In this document: positions 1-12,205 of the stretch, piece after piece
Position numbering within the stretch: position 1 is the stretch's first letter
Layout: every line of letters starts with the position of its first letter
Origin: Heterodontus francisci
Taxonomy: Eukaryota
Assembly (NCBI RefSeq): GCF_036365525.1
Contig: NC_090386.1
Span: 40,161,360-40,225,359 of the forward strand
Reading direction: 5' to 3'
DNA: 64,000 nucleotides
The notes under the pieces: generated by a model
What the model saw: the letters and a program-made list of their open reading frames with translations, nothing else
Databases searched by the model: none
Told to the model about the DNA's origin: nothing
Made by a program: the position numbers and the translations under genes

Positions 1-2069
1 TTGATAGTGTCTGTGTTTTTTTATTTCAGCACTTTGCTTGTATGTTTACACAACTGTTCAATAGGCACTTCAAGATTTTATCCCTTTGCTTTTTTTTGGT
101 AGAATTTATTTATCTCCTTCACACTTGACTGGTTTAATGATATTTTCCAGCTTTGACTGCATGAATGGAGACTTTGCTGTGTTCGGGGTTTTTGTACTTT
201 TTTTCTCAGATGCCTCCTGTAATGGCGCCTGAGTGGGAAATTGGGTCTTCCCCGTTTTTCTCTCTCTCCCACAGAGCCTTTAAAAAAAACAATTTTTTAA
301 GCACTTCAAAGCTTTTTTTAAGCCAGGATTCCTCAACCGTCAGCAAAATGATTCACCCAATCACAGGAATTTATTTGCAGCCTGTTGTTCAGTGCTCTGT
401 CTCCCACAGCTGGAAGTAAGTTTTTTCTTCTTTTCACTGTTTGGGCCAGTATTTCTTTTAAACTTTCCCTGCTTTGGCTGTAGAAAAGGTTGCTTTCACA
501 GCTGTTTTCCCCGTGGTCCTCAAGCTTATATCTTGTCTTTTCACCACTGCTGCCACCATATGATGAGTCTCTTTGTGTTATCTTAAGCAATACAATGAGG
601 TACGTGGATTCCAGTTCCTTGAAGATCTCTCGGTGTCATTAACAGCTGAACTAGCATATACAATACAGAGCAAACTATATTCGGAACATTTGTTTAGGGT
701 GTTCCAGTGCAGAGTGACTATGGCTTCTAGTCACATGACTACATCCTGGTACTTAGCACATTAGCATACTGAGTTCTTAAAGTAACATCACTCTTAAAGC
801 GATCATAAAACAGAATGTGCTTAATATTCAAGGAACAGCAGTGTAGTGTTACGAGAATTGCATTGTACATATTGTATACTTGAGGCTACCATGCACACAT
901 GAGCCAGCAGAGGGAACTGCAAAAAAAAGTGATATTAAAACAGAATAAATAAGACTCCATTAAGTTCAACAGCAGGCTGTCTCTGTCTCAGTCTTTGCCT
1001 CATATTTCTTACTAAATTGGCTAAACTCATTCCAGTCCCGAGAACATCGCAAGCAGTAATCTATGTACTCAATGGTGAGGAATCTGAGACTTAATGGAGC
1101 CTGACAGATGCTCATACAGGTGCCTCATTGTTGGTGTTTCTCAAGTGGTACAAATTGATTGTGAGATGAAAGGATAGATTTTGACTTTTTACTATAGTGT
1201 AAAATGGGTAATGGTGAATCGACAGCCTGTTTTACATCTCTCCTGATTTTTATTTCCAATGAAGTCAATGGAATATTGGTAAAGTTCATGCAAGTCAAAA
1301 GCTAGCCCCGTGTGTCCATCTTAAAATAACTTGCCAATGGAGTTCAAAATAACTGATCCAAAACAGCTGAAGCATCTAAAGCAGCTGACTCAGTTAATCA
1401 CTAACAGTTTGTGGTTAATTCTTTCTAATATCATGTGTGTTGCTAGTTCTATATTGAGGAGGTGTCACTAACCCATTTGAAGCTTCTAAATAGAGCAATA
1501 GGATCTGGGTTGTTAATGGTAAAATAGGTTGTATTCTTTGGAAAATGCAGCAGACACACAGCAGATCCATGAGCGCATGGAAACAGAAAGGACAGGTTCA
1601 CATTTTGCATGTCGACCCTTTAGCAGAACTGGAAACTGAATGAGAAGCGAGCCCCTTGGTAGGGCAAGCCACTCCCCCACTCCTTCCCCATATCCCTACA
1701 ATATTTTCTCCTTCAAGTATTTATCCAATTCTCTTTTCAAAGCGACTATTGAATCAATATCCACCACTCCATCAAACAGTGCATTCCAAATCCTAACCAC
1801 TCATTGTTACAAATGTTGTTACATTTTTGTACTAAAATCTTAGACTTCAGTGTGTTCTTAAAAAAACTGAAAAAAGGATATTCTCTTGACGTGGATACCT
1901 GTAAATAGCTGGATTTTTTGGGGGGAGATTGACTTTGTATGCAAAAATAGGAGAAGCAAGCAGTTTCAAGGAAACAGCAAAAATGCCTGCTGCTTGTCCA
2001 ACTCACTGTTTTTTAAAATACCAAAGTGAAAAAAACCTTCCTGAACATGATCACACGTCCAGACACAGT

Positions 2070-2335
2070 AGGCTGAATTTTACCAGCCCCTCGACGTTGG
2101 GGGTCATGGCAGAGGGGCCTGTAAAATACTTGCAGAAGTGGCCCGCCACGGTCCCCAACACCACGAAGGCCCCACCGCTTAATACCAGCAGCGGCGAGGC
2201 CTCAGTGAGGCCCCCCTTGCCGCTAAGTGGTGGGGCCTTCATTTCCCTACTAAGATTCATGCAAATAGGTGTTAATGAAGTTACCCGGACCAGGCGGCCG
2301 TCCCACGACGATATTACAGGCACCAGCCACAACTC
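2070..2335. mobile_element. Truncated PIF/Harbinger-type MITE (left part only)
   Basis: Begins AGGCTGAATTTT and is colinear with the first ~260 bp of the copy at 6375; no right TIR seen. Confidence 0.65.
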
Positions 2336-2355
2336 ATGCAGTCAAATTAATATCT

Positions 2356-3700
2356 TTATTGCAACAGTACTTCTTTAAATACAGGATTTCTAATTATTAT
2401 TTCATCAAAAACATTAACATAATTAACATTTCTCATTTTGGAAAAAGCTACATAAAGCTGTCTGTGTAAAAACAGGCCGAGGAATATAAATACAAATTTT
2501 GTCATACATCTGACCTTCTGACTTGTTAATAGTCATAGAAAATGAAAGTCTAATTGGGAACTGAGTTGAAAAGGCAGGTTTACACCTGATAGGCTCAATA
2601 TTATTCAAGGAATAAACACTCTAATTTCCTTGAAAGTTGCCTGTTATGATTTCAATATCTATCATCAAAGAAAACAGGTTCCTAAACCAATCTTGTTCCA
2701 TGGCAAAGTCCTTGTTTAGGATTCAAGTTTCATAACAATATTATAACTGTTCCTTCCTTGAATCTAAGTTTGTGTGATGGCATGCTCACTGGAGTTAGAC
2801 TGTGTAGAAACTCTAAAGGGTGTAGGCTGCTACTATCTTCGTCTATAGAATCAATGCTGATGTATTGGCCTAGATTTTGTGCAGGAGGCATGGCTCCTCG
2901 CACCAGGCCGAAAAGGTAGGGGATAGCCCGCCTCAACCTTTTCGTGTCCGCCCCAGCACGATCCTCTGTTGTTCCGGAGGCAAAGTCTCTGCCACTGGGA
3001 TCCCCCATCCCTTTAAAGATGGGGATCCCACCTCCGAGAGCTGCTGGCCAATCACAGAGCCGACAGCTCAGCTGAATCAGCAGCGTCATTGGAAGCGGTG
3101 GCCGCTATCAGTACTGCAGAGGCCTTGGACCCAGGCCCAGCGCTGGAACCCGGGACCTCAGGTAAATGAGGAAGGCCCTGACGAGGTGGGGTGGGGGTGT
3201 TCACAAAGTCCAGGGGGAGTGGGGTCCTCGAGGTGCATTGTTTCTTGGCCGGGGTCCTTTGTGGGTCATCTTTGGCCCATGGAGGAGAGACCACCCCCCC
3301 TCCTGCCAAGCCCGTAGGGAGGGCACCTCGTTTATGGTGGAAGCCCCCACGCCAACCACTGGAGAAATCCCAGCGGCAGATGAAAGAGGCCATTAGTGGC
3401 CGTTGATAGGCCACTTAAGGTCCTCAATTGGCCTCTGGGCAGGAAGGCCGTCAGCGGCCTACCCTGACCCCAGGAATATCGCTTGGCGACAGGGAGGCAA
3501 CGGGCTCCCCGCTCTCCCCACTTCCGCCACTTGTCACGATTCTGTGGGCCCCCTTGCCTCCGAACCTGCCTTGGGGCGGGGGGGCCCATAAAATCCAGCT
3601 GATTCTTTTAATGGTCCTAACAGCTTTTCGGAAACTTTCTCATTCAAACCTAGCGAATCTTCATTTTTAGCACGAAGAATTGCTTTCAAATAATAATTTG
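2356..3700 (-). pseudogene. Decayed Helitron Rep/Hel PIF1-type helicase C-terminus, interrupted by a MITE
   Basis: Minus-strand pieces KAILRAKNEDSLGLNEKV..LLGPLKE|YISIDS..PLEFLHSLTPVSMPSHKLRFKEGTVIILL*NLNPKQGLCHGTRL..QFPIRLSFSMTINKSEGQ..IYIPRPVF..RNPVFKEVLLQ*; hallmark Helitron helicase motifs with stops and frameshifts. Confidence 0.88.
2867..3601. mobile_element. PIF/Harbinger-type MITE
   Basis: Ends GGCCTAGATTTT / AAAATCCAGCTG, 3-bp TSD ATT (2864-2866, 3602-3604); removing it restores the helicase reading frame. Confidence 0.85.
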
Positions 3701-4559
3701 TATCAAATAATTGCCCCTGCCAATTCCATCATCTCATCCACCCCTCCCATGCCACCCTCCCTTGCCATACCCTCCCTCCCATACCTTCCCTATCCTATGC
3801 CATTCCATCCTTCCCATGCCATCCCCATCCTGGTCTTGTCATCCCCATTCCTCCCATCAATCCCATCCCATCCCTCAAACATTGGCAGCCGTACATGTAT
3901 TACATGCTCGCATTCTCCATGTGCTCCATTTGCCTCCACATGCGCCAGGCACTGCCCATCAAATAAACCTACCAACGGATGTGGCCCTTAAACTGACCAA
4001 ACAAAATAGTCTGGACAGACAAAAAACAGATGATTTTGTCTCTAATTTTTTTGGAAATTGTTTCTATCAGTGAGTGTTGATGGGAACAATCATTGAGACA
4101 GTACAAGATGGCTGAATTAACAACAGCGCATTTTCTCAATCACCTGGTGTCTGCTGTCATCCTAGAAACTGCACCTTTTAATTCTAATTGTGTGTTAACT
4201 CACACCATAGGGCCTAGTTGTCCCCTCTAGTTCATGTGATGAAGTCATCAATTTGAAATATAAATCAGCTTAAATCACCCAAATACTGAGCACAATGTGG
4301 AATCGAATCTCTTTGACCTTATAATTGCTATGAAGTACTCCATTTATGAAGCACATTTGATTTATGAAATTATTTACATGGAGTTGAAATGAATCTTAAA
4401 TGTTTCATTGTTTTTGGTAGGCTTAATTTAAAAGTGACATATGTGGTGACCTCAAGCAAAACTATGTGAAACTGGTGAAAAATGATTTACAAATTCATCC
4501 TAACCCCCGATTTTTCTTCATCATGACCAATAGGCAATCATAACCAAGAAGCACTAAAG

Positions 4560-5040
4560 ATGATTAAAAAGATTTACAAGAGTGATACCAAAACTGCAAG
4601 GTTATAACTATCAGGATAGACTGAACAGACTGAGAATTATTTCTGTAGAAAAAAGAAGGCTGAGGGGTGACCTAAAAGAGGTGTTTAAAATTATGAAGGA
4701 GTTTGATAGGGTAGTTGTGGAGATGTTTCCACTTGTGGGGGAGACCAAAACTAGGAACCATAAATATAATATTGTCACTAATAAATCTAATAAAGAATTC
4801 AGGAGAAACTTCTTTAACCCAGCAAATGGTTAGAATGTGGAACTTGCATCACATGTAGTAGTTGAGACAATAGCATAGATACATTTAAGGGAAGCACTTG
4901 AGGGAGAAAGGAATAGAAAGGACACACATGGTAGATTAGATGAAATAGGGTGGGAAAAGGCTGCTGTGGAACATAAGCACAAACATAGGCCAGTAGGACT
5001 GAAAAGTCTATTTCTGTGCTGTAAATTCTATGTAATAGCA
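4560..5040 (+). mobile_element. CR1 LINE 3' fragment
   Basis: RRLRGDLKEVFKIMKEFDRV..RRNFF, typical CR1 ORF2 C-terminus, followed by 3'UTR ending ATTCTATG. Confidence 0.85.
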
Positions 5041-6269
5041 TAAATAAGGCAGATAACTAACAGCTTGAAAATAAATTGTTCTAGTTGTGGTTCAGCAGAG
5101 AGATTAAACTGGCACATCTCAGCCAGTGGTGTAAACAGAACAGATTACATAAACAGAAAACACTCAGTAGATTCTTAGTGGGAGTCCTGCAGTGAAATGT
5201 CCTCATTAACTAAATATATGGTTTCCATCTTCCAGTTTGTTGTTTGCTGCCTTGCTAACAAGCCCATTACATTTAAATAAATGTTGCTAATGCTTTCTTG
5301 TACCAATTCCTATTGAAACACTTGAGCATCCATTCAGCTGTGGAACTTTCAGCTTCAGCATAAAACAGATAATATATCAGATGGAAGTCAAAAAGAAAGT
5401 TTGATAAGGTATATAACAGACAACTGATCTAAGATTTCCACATCAAAATTAGACCCAGTGATTCAAATGCCCATCATCTTAAATGGGTTAACCCCTCCAT
5501 TAAAATAGCAGACAGCACACTGTTGTACTAAAAGTGTTACTCATTCATACACTAATAGTGCAAACAATATTTTGGTTCTTGTGCTTTTTAGCACATGGAT
5601 TAGGCAGTCGTCAAACTGCAAGACACACCTTGAAATCTACTCTTGTGTTGTACTGGTATCACTGCTCATGATATCTGGTTTTTCACCATCAGCGACAACA
5701 CCAAAGGTAACTTCGTCAGTGTCGCGAATCTCGACCCCCAGGAAGGCTGGTATCTTTAATGGTGCCACTGGTTGTGTAATATTTGATTGATCTTGGTTTT
5801 ATTGTATTAGTCTGCTCATTGATCAGTGTTCACTGTATTTAATTGCTTAAGCCTATGGGTGGAGCTTAAGAGTTTGAAACTGAAACTAAAAAAAAGACAG
5901 ACTAGAATGTTCTACAGATAACACAGACTGTTCTGAAGAAGACATTGTTAATGCTGAGATATTGTAAGTTCTGTAAAGAAAGCAGTTGTTGTTTTAATAC
6001 AAGTGTGATCTCTGCATTGCTCTGAGATAAATCAGACATATCCAATATATCCAGCAACCCGGCGTAAACATAGCAGGTTGCTTCTCAGGAACTGACAGCA
6101 TGACCACAGATGACCAAAGATAACTACCTTTCTGCCTTCCAATTTATCAACCATTCACTGATTCTAATCCAGAGAGAAAACCATGCCTGAGAGGCAAACA
6201 TTGGTGAGGCACACCAATCTGACAGTGATTCGGGCAATGGTTTGTCAACGATCTACTCTTGATAATTTA

Positions 6270-7205
6270 ATAAAACCAAAATACTATGGATGCTGGAAAT
6301 CTGAAATAAAACAGAAAGTGCTGGAAATACTCAGCAGGTCTGGCATCATCTGTGGAGGGAGAAACAGAGTTAATAGGCTGAATTTTAGCAGCCCCTCAAC
6401 GCCGTGGGTCGTGGCATAGGGGCCGGTATAATTCTGCGGGAAGAGGCCATCTTGTCCCGCGACATCGAGAAGGGCCCGCCGCATATTACTGGAGGCGGGG
6501 GGACCTCGGTGCGGCCACCCCCCGCTGCCTGGCGGCGGGCCCGTCATCTCCATATGTAAATTAGCATTAATGATATTCACAATTTACTTACCTGCAAGTG
6601 GCAGCCGTCCCACGCCGATTTTATGGCCTCTGCATGGCCTTTGTGCGCCTTCGGAACTCCGCATGGAGTTCCAAGGTGAGACTCTGGTGGGGAGGGGGGG
6701 AGGAATAAAATTTTCAGGGCAGGAGGGGTGGAGGAGCAGGGAAAACAATTTTGATTGGACGTGGGGATGATGGGAAGGGGTTGAAGGGAAAAGATAAGGT
6801 TGCGGGGGAAAGTTCGGGTAATGAGAAATCAATTGTTGGTCATTTCAGGCAATTAAATGACCATTGAGGGGAGGTTGGGGAAGGCCCTCCATCACTTAAT
6901 TTTGTATTTAATAAATGTCCTTTTAAAAATTAATTGTAAGGGCTTAAAGCCCTTTAAAGATGGCACTGGCGCCTGCGCGGTGGCACCGGATGCTGTTGCC
7001 AGGGACGCGGTGGCTGCCCCTACATGTCATTGAGTGTGGCTGCTCCGCCCCACTATTTAAATGAGCTCCCGCGCAAAATATCACGGGCTCCTCGGCGGCT
7101 CTTCCCTGTCGGAAGGTTGCCAAGTTGAAAGCCCGCCACCGAGGAATGCGGCACGCAATTAAAATTCAGCCCAATGTTTCAAGTCTGTGACTTTTCATCA
7201 GAACA
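6270..7205 (-). mobile_element. Penelope-like terminal repeat (pLTR) with hammerhead motif, split by a MITE
   Basis: Same repeat as the 3' end of the GIY-YIG element at 26063-27190; minus strand reads GTT-CTGATGA-A-AAGTC-ACA-GACTT-GAAA-CATT up to the MITE junction. Confidence 0.8.
6375..7172. mobile_element. PIF/Harbinger-type MITE
   Basis: TIRs AGGCTGAATTTT / AAAATTCAGCCC; TSD AAT at 6372-6374 and 7173-7175. Confidence 0.88.
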
Positions 7206-7811
7206 TTGATAATTTTATGCTGTTTTGTGTGCTGAAAAATATGAATTATCCAATAATTTGAATTGGGCAACTTAAGTAACACAGCAAAGTGGGAAGTTAC
7301 TGTTTAAGATAATTATTTATTGGACAATTTATATTAAGTAATTTTCAATTCAGAAGCTTGGGTTGTCATGAAATGCAAGGGTGGTTTAACTTAGTCTTAC
7401 TTTCACACCGGACTGTGAAAAGCTAAATGTAACTCAGAGTTTGAGAGCCCAACTGTCTAATTTACAAAATGGACATGCTATTCAGACATATTGGTACACA
7501 GAAGTAAACCACAAATTCAGCAACTGTTCAATTGTTCAGCAGTGAAATTAGGAAACACCTTTTAAAAAAAAACAGTAGTGGAAATTTGGAACTCCCTCCT
7601 TCAAATGGCTGAGGATGCTGGGTCAGTTGAAATCTTAAGACTGAGATTGACAAATTTCTTTTAGGTAAGGGTATGAATGGACCTGAGGCAAAGACATGTA
7701 AAGGGAGCTGAGGTACAGAGCAGATGTGATCTAATTGACTGGCAGAGCAGGCTCGAGAGGTTGAATAGCCAATGTTCCTATGTGTTTATGTCCTGAGAAC
7801 AGTTCTTCAAT

Positions 7812-8922
7812 TTCGGAAATAAAAACAGAAAATGCTGGAAATACTCAACAGGTCTGCCAGCATCAGGTGGGAGCGGAACAGAGTTGACGTTTCAGGTCGA
7901 TGCCCTTTTATCAGAACTGCTTAAGAAAGATCTGAAGGAGCGTTGCCATGAGTTTTTGAAGCTTGCGATCCTTCACACCTAAAAGGAAGAATAAAAGTTT
8001 CTGTTAAAGTGGTGGATGAGACAAAGGATGAAATGAAATTGCAGACCAGGACAACTTTGAGGTAGAGTGAGTCAGTGCTGCTGAAGAGAGAGGTGGAAAG
8101 TATGCATGTGGTGGAGCATGGTGTTGAGTGTGGATCTCAGGATGTGGCAAGAACAGCCATTCAAGGAATGCTGAATGTCTAGGCGATATCTGTAATCATG
8201 GGTGGATCCGAAACACGAAGAGTTAAATTTCAGTTGGAATCCATGTGGAATAAGTTGGAGCCAGAGTCAGTAGCTGAGGAAGGAGACGTTGCTGTGAAAG
8301 TGAGTTTTGGTAGAAACCTGATCTAACACAAGAAGGAAAATAGAAAGCAATGAAGGTGAGCGAGGTGAAAGAGACACTGAGAGCTCCAGTTGGAGAGGAG
8401 AGCAGAACTTCTTCAAGGTGGGTATTCCTGGAAGAGAAGTGGCAGTGAATTAAACACTAATACAAAAGCAAAATACTACAGATGCTGGAAATCTGAAATA
8501 AAAACAGAAAATGCTGGAAATACTCATTAGGTCAGGCAGCATCTGTGGAGAGAGAAATTGAGTTTGCATTTCAGGTTGATGATGGCATATGCTGCCACAT
8601 GCACACTCTCAACCTCTGTCTTCAGCAGCACCGACTCACTTTGTCTTAAACCTGTCCTGGTCCACAGTTTGATCCTTCATCTCATCCGAAGCTTTAACAA
8701 AAAACTTTTTTCTTCCTTCAAGTGTGAAGGATTGCAAGCTTCAAAAACTCATGGTCAGCAAAGACTCTCCAGATCTTTCTTGGCAATTCTGATGAAAGTT
8801 CATCGACCTGAAATGTTAACCCTGTTTCTCTCTCCACAGATGCTGGCAGAGCTACTGAGTATTTCCAGCATTTTCTGCTTTTATTTCAGATTCCCAGCAT
8901 CCTCAGTATTTTGCTTTCATTT
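7812..8922. mobile_element. Internally deleted Penelope-like derivative with direct and inverted pLTRs
   Basis: Minus-strand pLTRs at ~7812-7918 and ~8460-8575 flank a decayed ORF-like segment; ~8585-8900 is an inverted copy of ~7812-8120 with a + strand CTGATGA..GAAA motif at 8789-8813. Confidence 0.75.
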
Positions 8923-9517
8923 CAGCCTGGTGGGGGTGGAAATGCCTCCATTTAGTTTCGCTGATCGCATGGAACCCAAGTGAAATGATTTTTGAAACAG
9001 TTTATATCCAGTCCCATGGTCTATAACTGCCAATAACTAGGGATATATTGATACAAGAATCTCCAAGAAGATTTATCGAGATTTTAAGGATGGCTACTGT
9101 TGAAATAGCAAACTTCAGACTGATACGTGATTGGATGGGGATTTTCTGAGGTTGATGTTAATCTATACTGTTGAAGCAAAAAAAAGAGCTTTAGTCTGCA
9201 TACATATTCACTTCACTTATCCCCTGGTCTTTTTAAATCCTTACCAGTCTCCACGATTGTCTCACCACACTGCTGCTTCATGGCTGTTTATTTTGATTAT
9301 TCACTTCTATTTGCAATTTTGCCAAGTCTGTCCATGTTACTCTTTCTTCAATGTTTCCCTTTTTCTGAGTCTACGTGTCTATATTTGTCCTTGACATCAC
9401 CAAATTGGCCCAAGTCCCACTGAAAACATTGACCTTCATTGTCTACATATAGTGTTTGAAATCTGCTGCACCAGAATAACTAATATATCAAGGGGATACT
9501 TAACCACTAGATTAAAC

Positions 9518-10250
9518 ACACCAGAATGTGGAGAATCCACACCAGAACATGGAGAACTTACACCAGAACATGGAGAACTTACACCAGAACATGGAGAACT
9601 TACACCAGAACATGGAGAACCAAACCAGAACACGGAGAACTTACACCAGAACATGGAGAACCCACACCAGAATATGGAGAACCAAACCAGAACATGGAGA
9701 ACTTACACCAGAACATGGAGAACTTACACCAGAACATGGAGAACCAAACCAGAACACGGAGAACTTACACCAGAATATGGAAAACTTACACCAGAACATG
9801 GAGAACCCACACCAGAATATGGAGAACCAAACCAGAACATGGAGAACTTACACCAGAACATGGAGAACTTACACCAGAACATGGAGAACCCACACCAGAA
9901 CATGGAGAACCCAACCAGAACACGGAGAACCCACACCAGAACATGGAGAACCCACACCAGAATATGGAGAACCAAACCAGAACATGGAGAACGTACACCA
10001 GACCATGGAGAACTTACACCAGAACATGGAGAACCCACACCAGAATATGGAGAACCAAACCAGAACATGGAAAACTTACACCAGAACATGGAGAACTTAC
10101 ACCAGAACATGGAGAACCCACACCAGAATATGGAAACCACACCAGAACACGGAGAACTTACACCAGCACATGGAGAACTTACACCAGCACATGGAGAACC
10201 CACACCAGAACATGGAGAACCCACACCAGAATATGGGGAATGTGCACCAG
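9518..10250. repeat. Minisatellite, ~35 units of 21/20 bp (ACACCAGAACATGGAGAACTT and variants)
   Basis: Directly visible tandem array; the long ORFs here arise because the unit has no stop codon in any + frame. Confidence 0.97.
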
Positions 10251-12009
10251 CAAGGACATTGCACAAATGAACTCTACTGAGTCTCAAAAGAAATGGCTTC
10301 TTTTGAAAGGAACATAAAAAAGGGCAAAGAAAGTATTTCGGGATTGATTTTTTTCAGTAACTACTCTGTTCAACTTGTGAGCCAGTGGTGGAATTAAAAT
10401 AAACTGCAAGCATCCTGCTCTGTTAAACAGTTTGCCCTTATCACACTACTGGTTAATTTGTCATTCAGTTGATGAAGATCTTATATTAATTTGATATGAT
10501 AAAAGAGGTCAAGACAATAACAGCAACAAAAAAATCGGAAATTGAGTTTATTTTTTTGAAAAGATACTTAGGTGGTTATTGGGCTGTAAACATCAGCTGG
10601 AGGCTGTCTGCATCCCAGGATGGTAGGTGGCTCTGGGACCAGAATCCTGTCATTCATACTTAGGATGAGCTTGTTTGAAGCTTGGTACAGATAGCTTGCT
10701 TCATCCTCTTCATTGATATGTTCAAGATGACAGCCTGACGACTGGAAACTTTCTCAACATGCTATAGGGATTAGGCTAAAATATGTCTGTGTTCAGTTCA
10801 GAATCTGTTAATTTGAAAAAGCCAGGGAGGATAAGGAACAAAAAAAATTCATTAATAAAACAACGTATCTGGTCTGTGAAAAATGTCTCTAAATGTCGCA
10901 AATACAACAAATTGCTTTGTACTGCGGGGACTGTTACTGGTCAAAAACAGCAGACATTTTGCCCACAGAAAATCCTACAGACAGCAATAGCACAAATGAC
11001 CAGTACATCTACTATTGCTGATATTGATAGGCTGTATATTTTACCAGGCCACTGGGAAAACTACCTGTTTTAATTTGAATAGTGCAATGTGATCTTTAAA
11101 ATTGTCCTGAATCACTAGAACAGATGGATGCTTCTAGAGTTGATGCCTCATTTGAAGGATGACAAAACAGTGGCATGTCAACCTAAAGCAACCCTAACGT
11201 GCTCAATTCCTGGACTGTTAATGTTTAAAAGACAAAGCCCTGAGTCATATTCAATGTCTGGTCTATCTGAATCCACTTCGGAAAACGGTTGGATTTGTAA
11301 TATGACACAATTTTGGACAGTGTGTCTTTAATGATGTAGAAGCTGGCCTAAACATCCATTTGGCTGAGTTCCTTCAGAAAATTTGTTAGCATATTTTGAA
11401 GGTCCTTGGTGGCTTCATCCTGGAGGTTTGCCATTGAGCAGAGGATAAATAACTCAGCTTGTAAGATCATGCCTTTCCCTTTGTGGTTTCAGTGATTAAG
11501 TTGGCCTTGTAAACACATTAGTCAATCCTAATGGCTGGAGCCACAACCTCAGTTTTTGGTGGGGCAAAGCCTGGTCACTGAGTTGAACAAAGCACTAACT
11601 ATGCCCTTGATACTGTTGTCAATGCAGTCTCAGAGCTGCCTGGGGACAGAGGCAAAACACATATTTTGTTTACTTAACTTCTAAAAGACATTATGCTTTG
11701 AAACATTTTATTGAAATGTCTGAAATATATATTACTAAGCAAAAGCAACAGTTGATATATTGTGAAGCACCTTGGCATGTTTTGCTACGTTAAAGGCAAA
11801 GCTGTTGTATTACAGACTCTGCCATGAATTACAAGCGTGTTGATAGTTTGCATCATTTAAATCCCAAGACCTTTCACTGCCTTGGAACATTCCCAAAGTG
11901 TGTTGTTTTGTATAGAATCCAGAAATATAGCAATTTATTTTCTTTAAATTGAATGTACTATTGTTCACTTTTGGTCAGTTTTGTGTCTTAGCTGATGATG
12001 TTATCAGAG

Positions 12010-12205
12010 TAGGTGCTTGGCTCATGATTTTCTGCCTTGTGATCTTCTACATCCACCTAAGAGGGCAAAAGAAGCCTCTGTTCTAAATCTGAGAGATGAC
12101 ACCTTTGAAAGTGCAGTAGGTTATATGCTCAAGCTTCTGGCATGGGGTCTGAAGCCATGACCTTCTGACTGCAACATGGGAGTGCCACCACTGAGCCAAA
12201 GACAA
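12010..12205 (-). mobile_element. Old tRNA-derived SINE, Deu-domain-like
   Basis: Degenerate GATCTTCTACATCCACCTAAGAGGGCA..GACACCTTTGA segment followed by a reverse-oriented tRNA-like head; recognised from memory. Confidence 0.5.

Noticed and set aside
576-1046. Two short TGT-initiated blocks resembling small solo LTRs
   Set aside because: No TSDs or second copies could be confirmed within the window.
2877-3670. Clusters of Pro/Gly-rich ORFs in GC-rich blocks (also near 30.4k, 40k, 41.4k, 58.5k and 61.5k) as genes or CpG-island promoters
   Set aside because: All fall within TIR-bounded MITEs; long ORFs are expected by chance in GC-rich DNA.
3715-3880. (CCATC/CCCAT)-rich tract with Pro/His-rich ORFs
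   Set aside because: Low-complexity degenerate simple repeat with no evidence of coding.
5572-5790. CpG-containing segment with donor-like AAAG|GTAACT as the missing TGM2 exon 2
   Set aside because: The frame compatible with exon 3 hits TGA at 5631-5633 and lacks the HHT and RRGQ motifs.
9131-9394. ORF containing HHTA, resembling TGase exon 2
   Set aside because: No downstream LVVRRGQ-like motif and no matching exon structure.
9436-10317. Overlapping 250-272 aa ORFs (TPEHGEL, HQNMENL, TRTWRTY repeats) as a repetitive protein or a CRISPR-like array
   Set aside because: They result from a stop-free 21-bp tandem unit; there are no unique spacers, no cas genes and no splice support.
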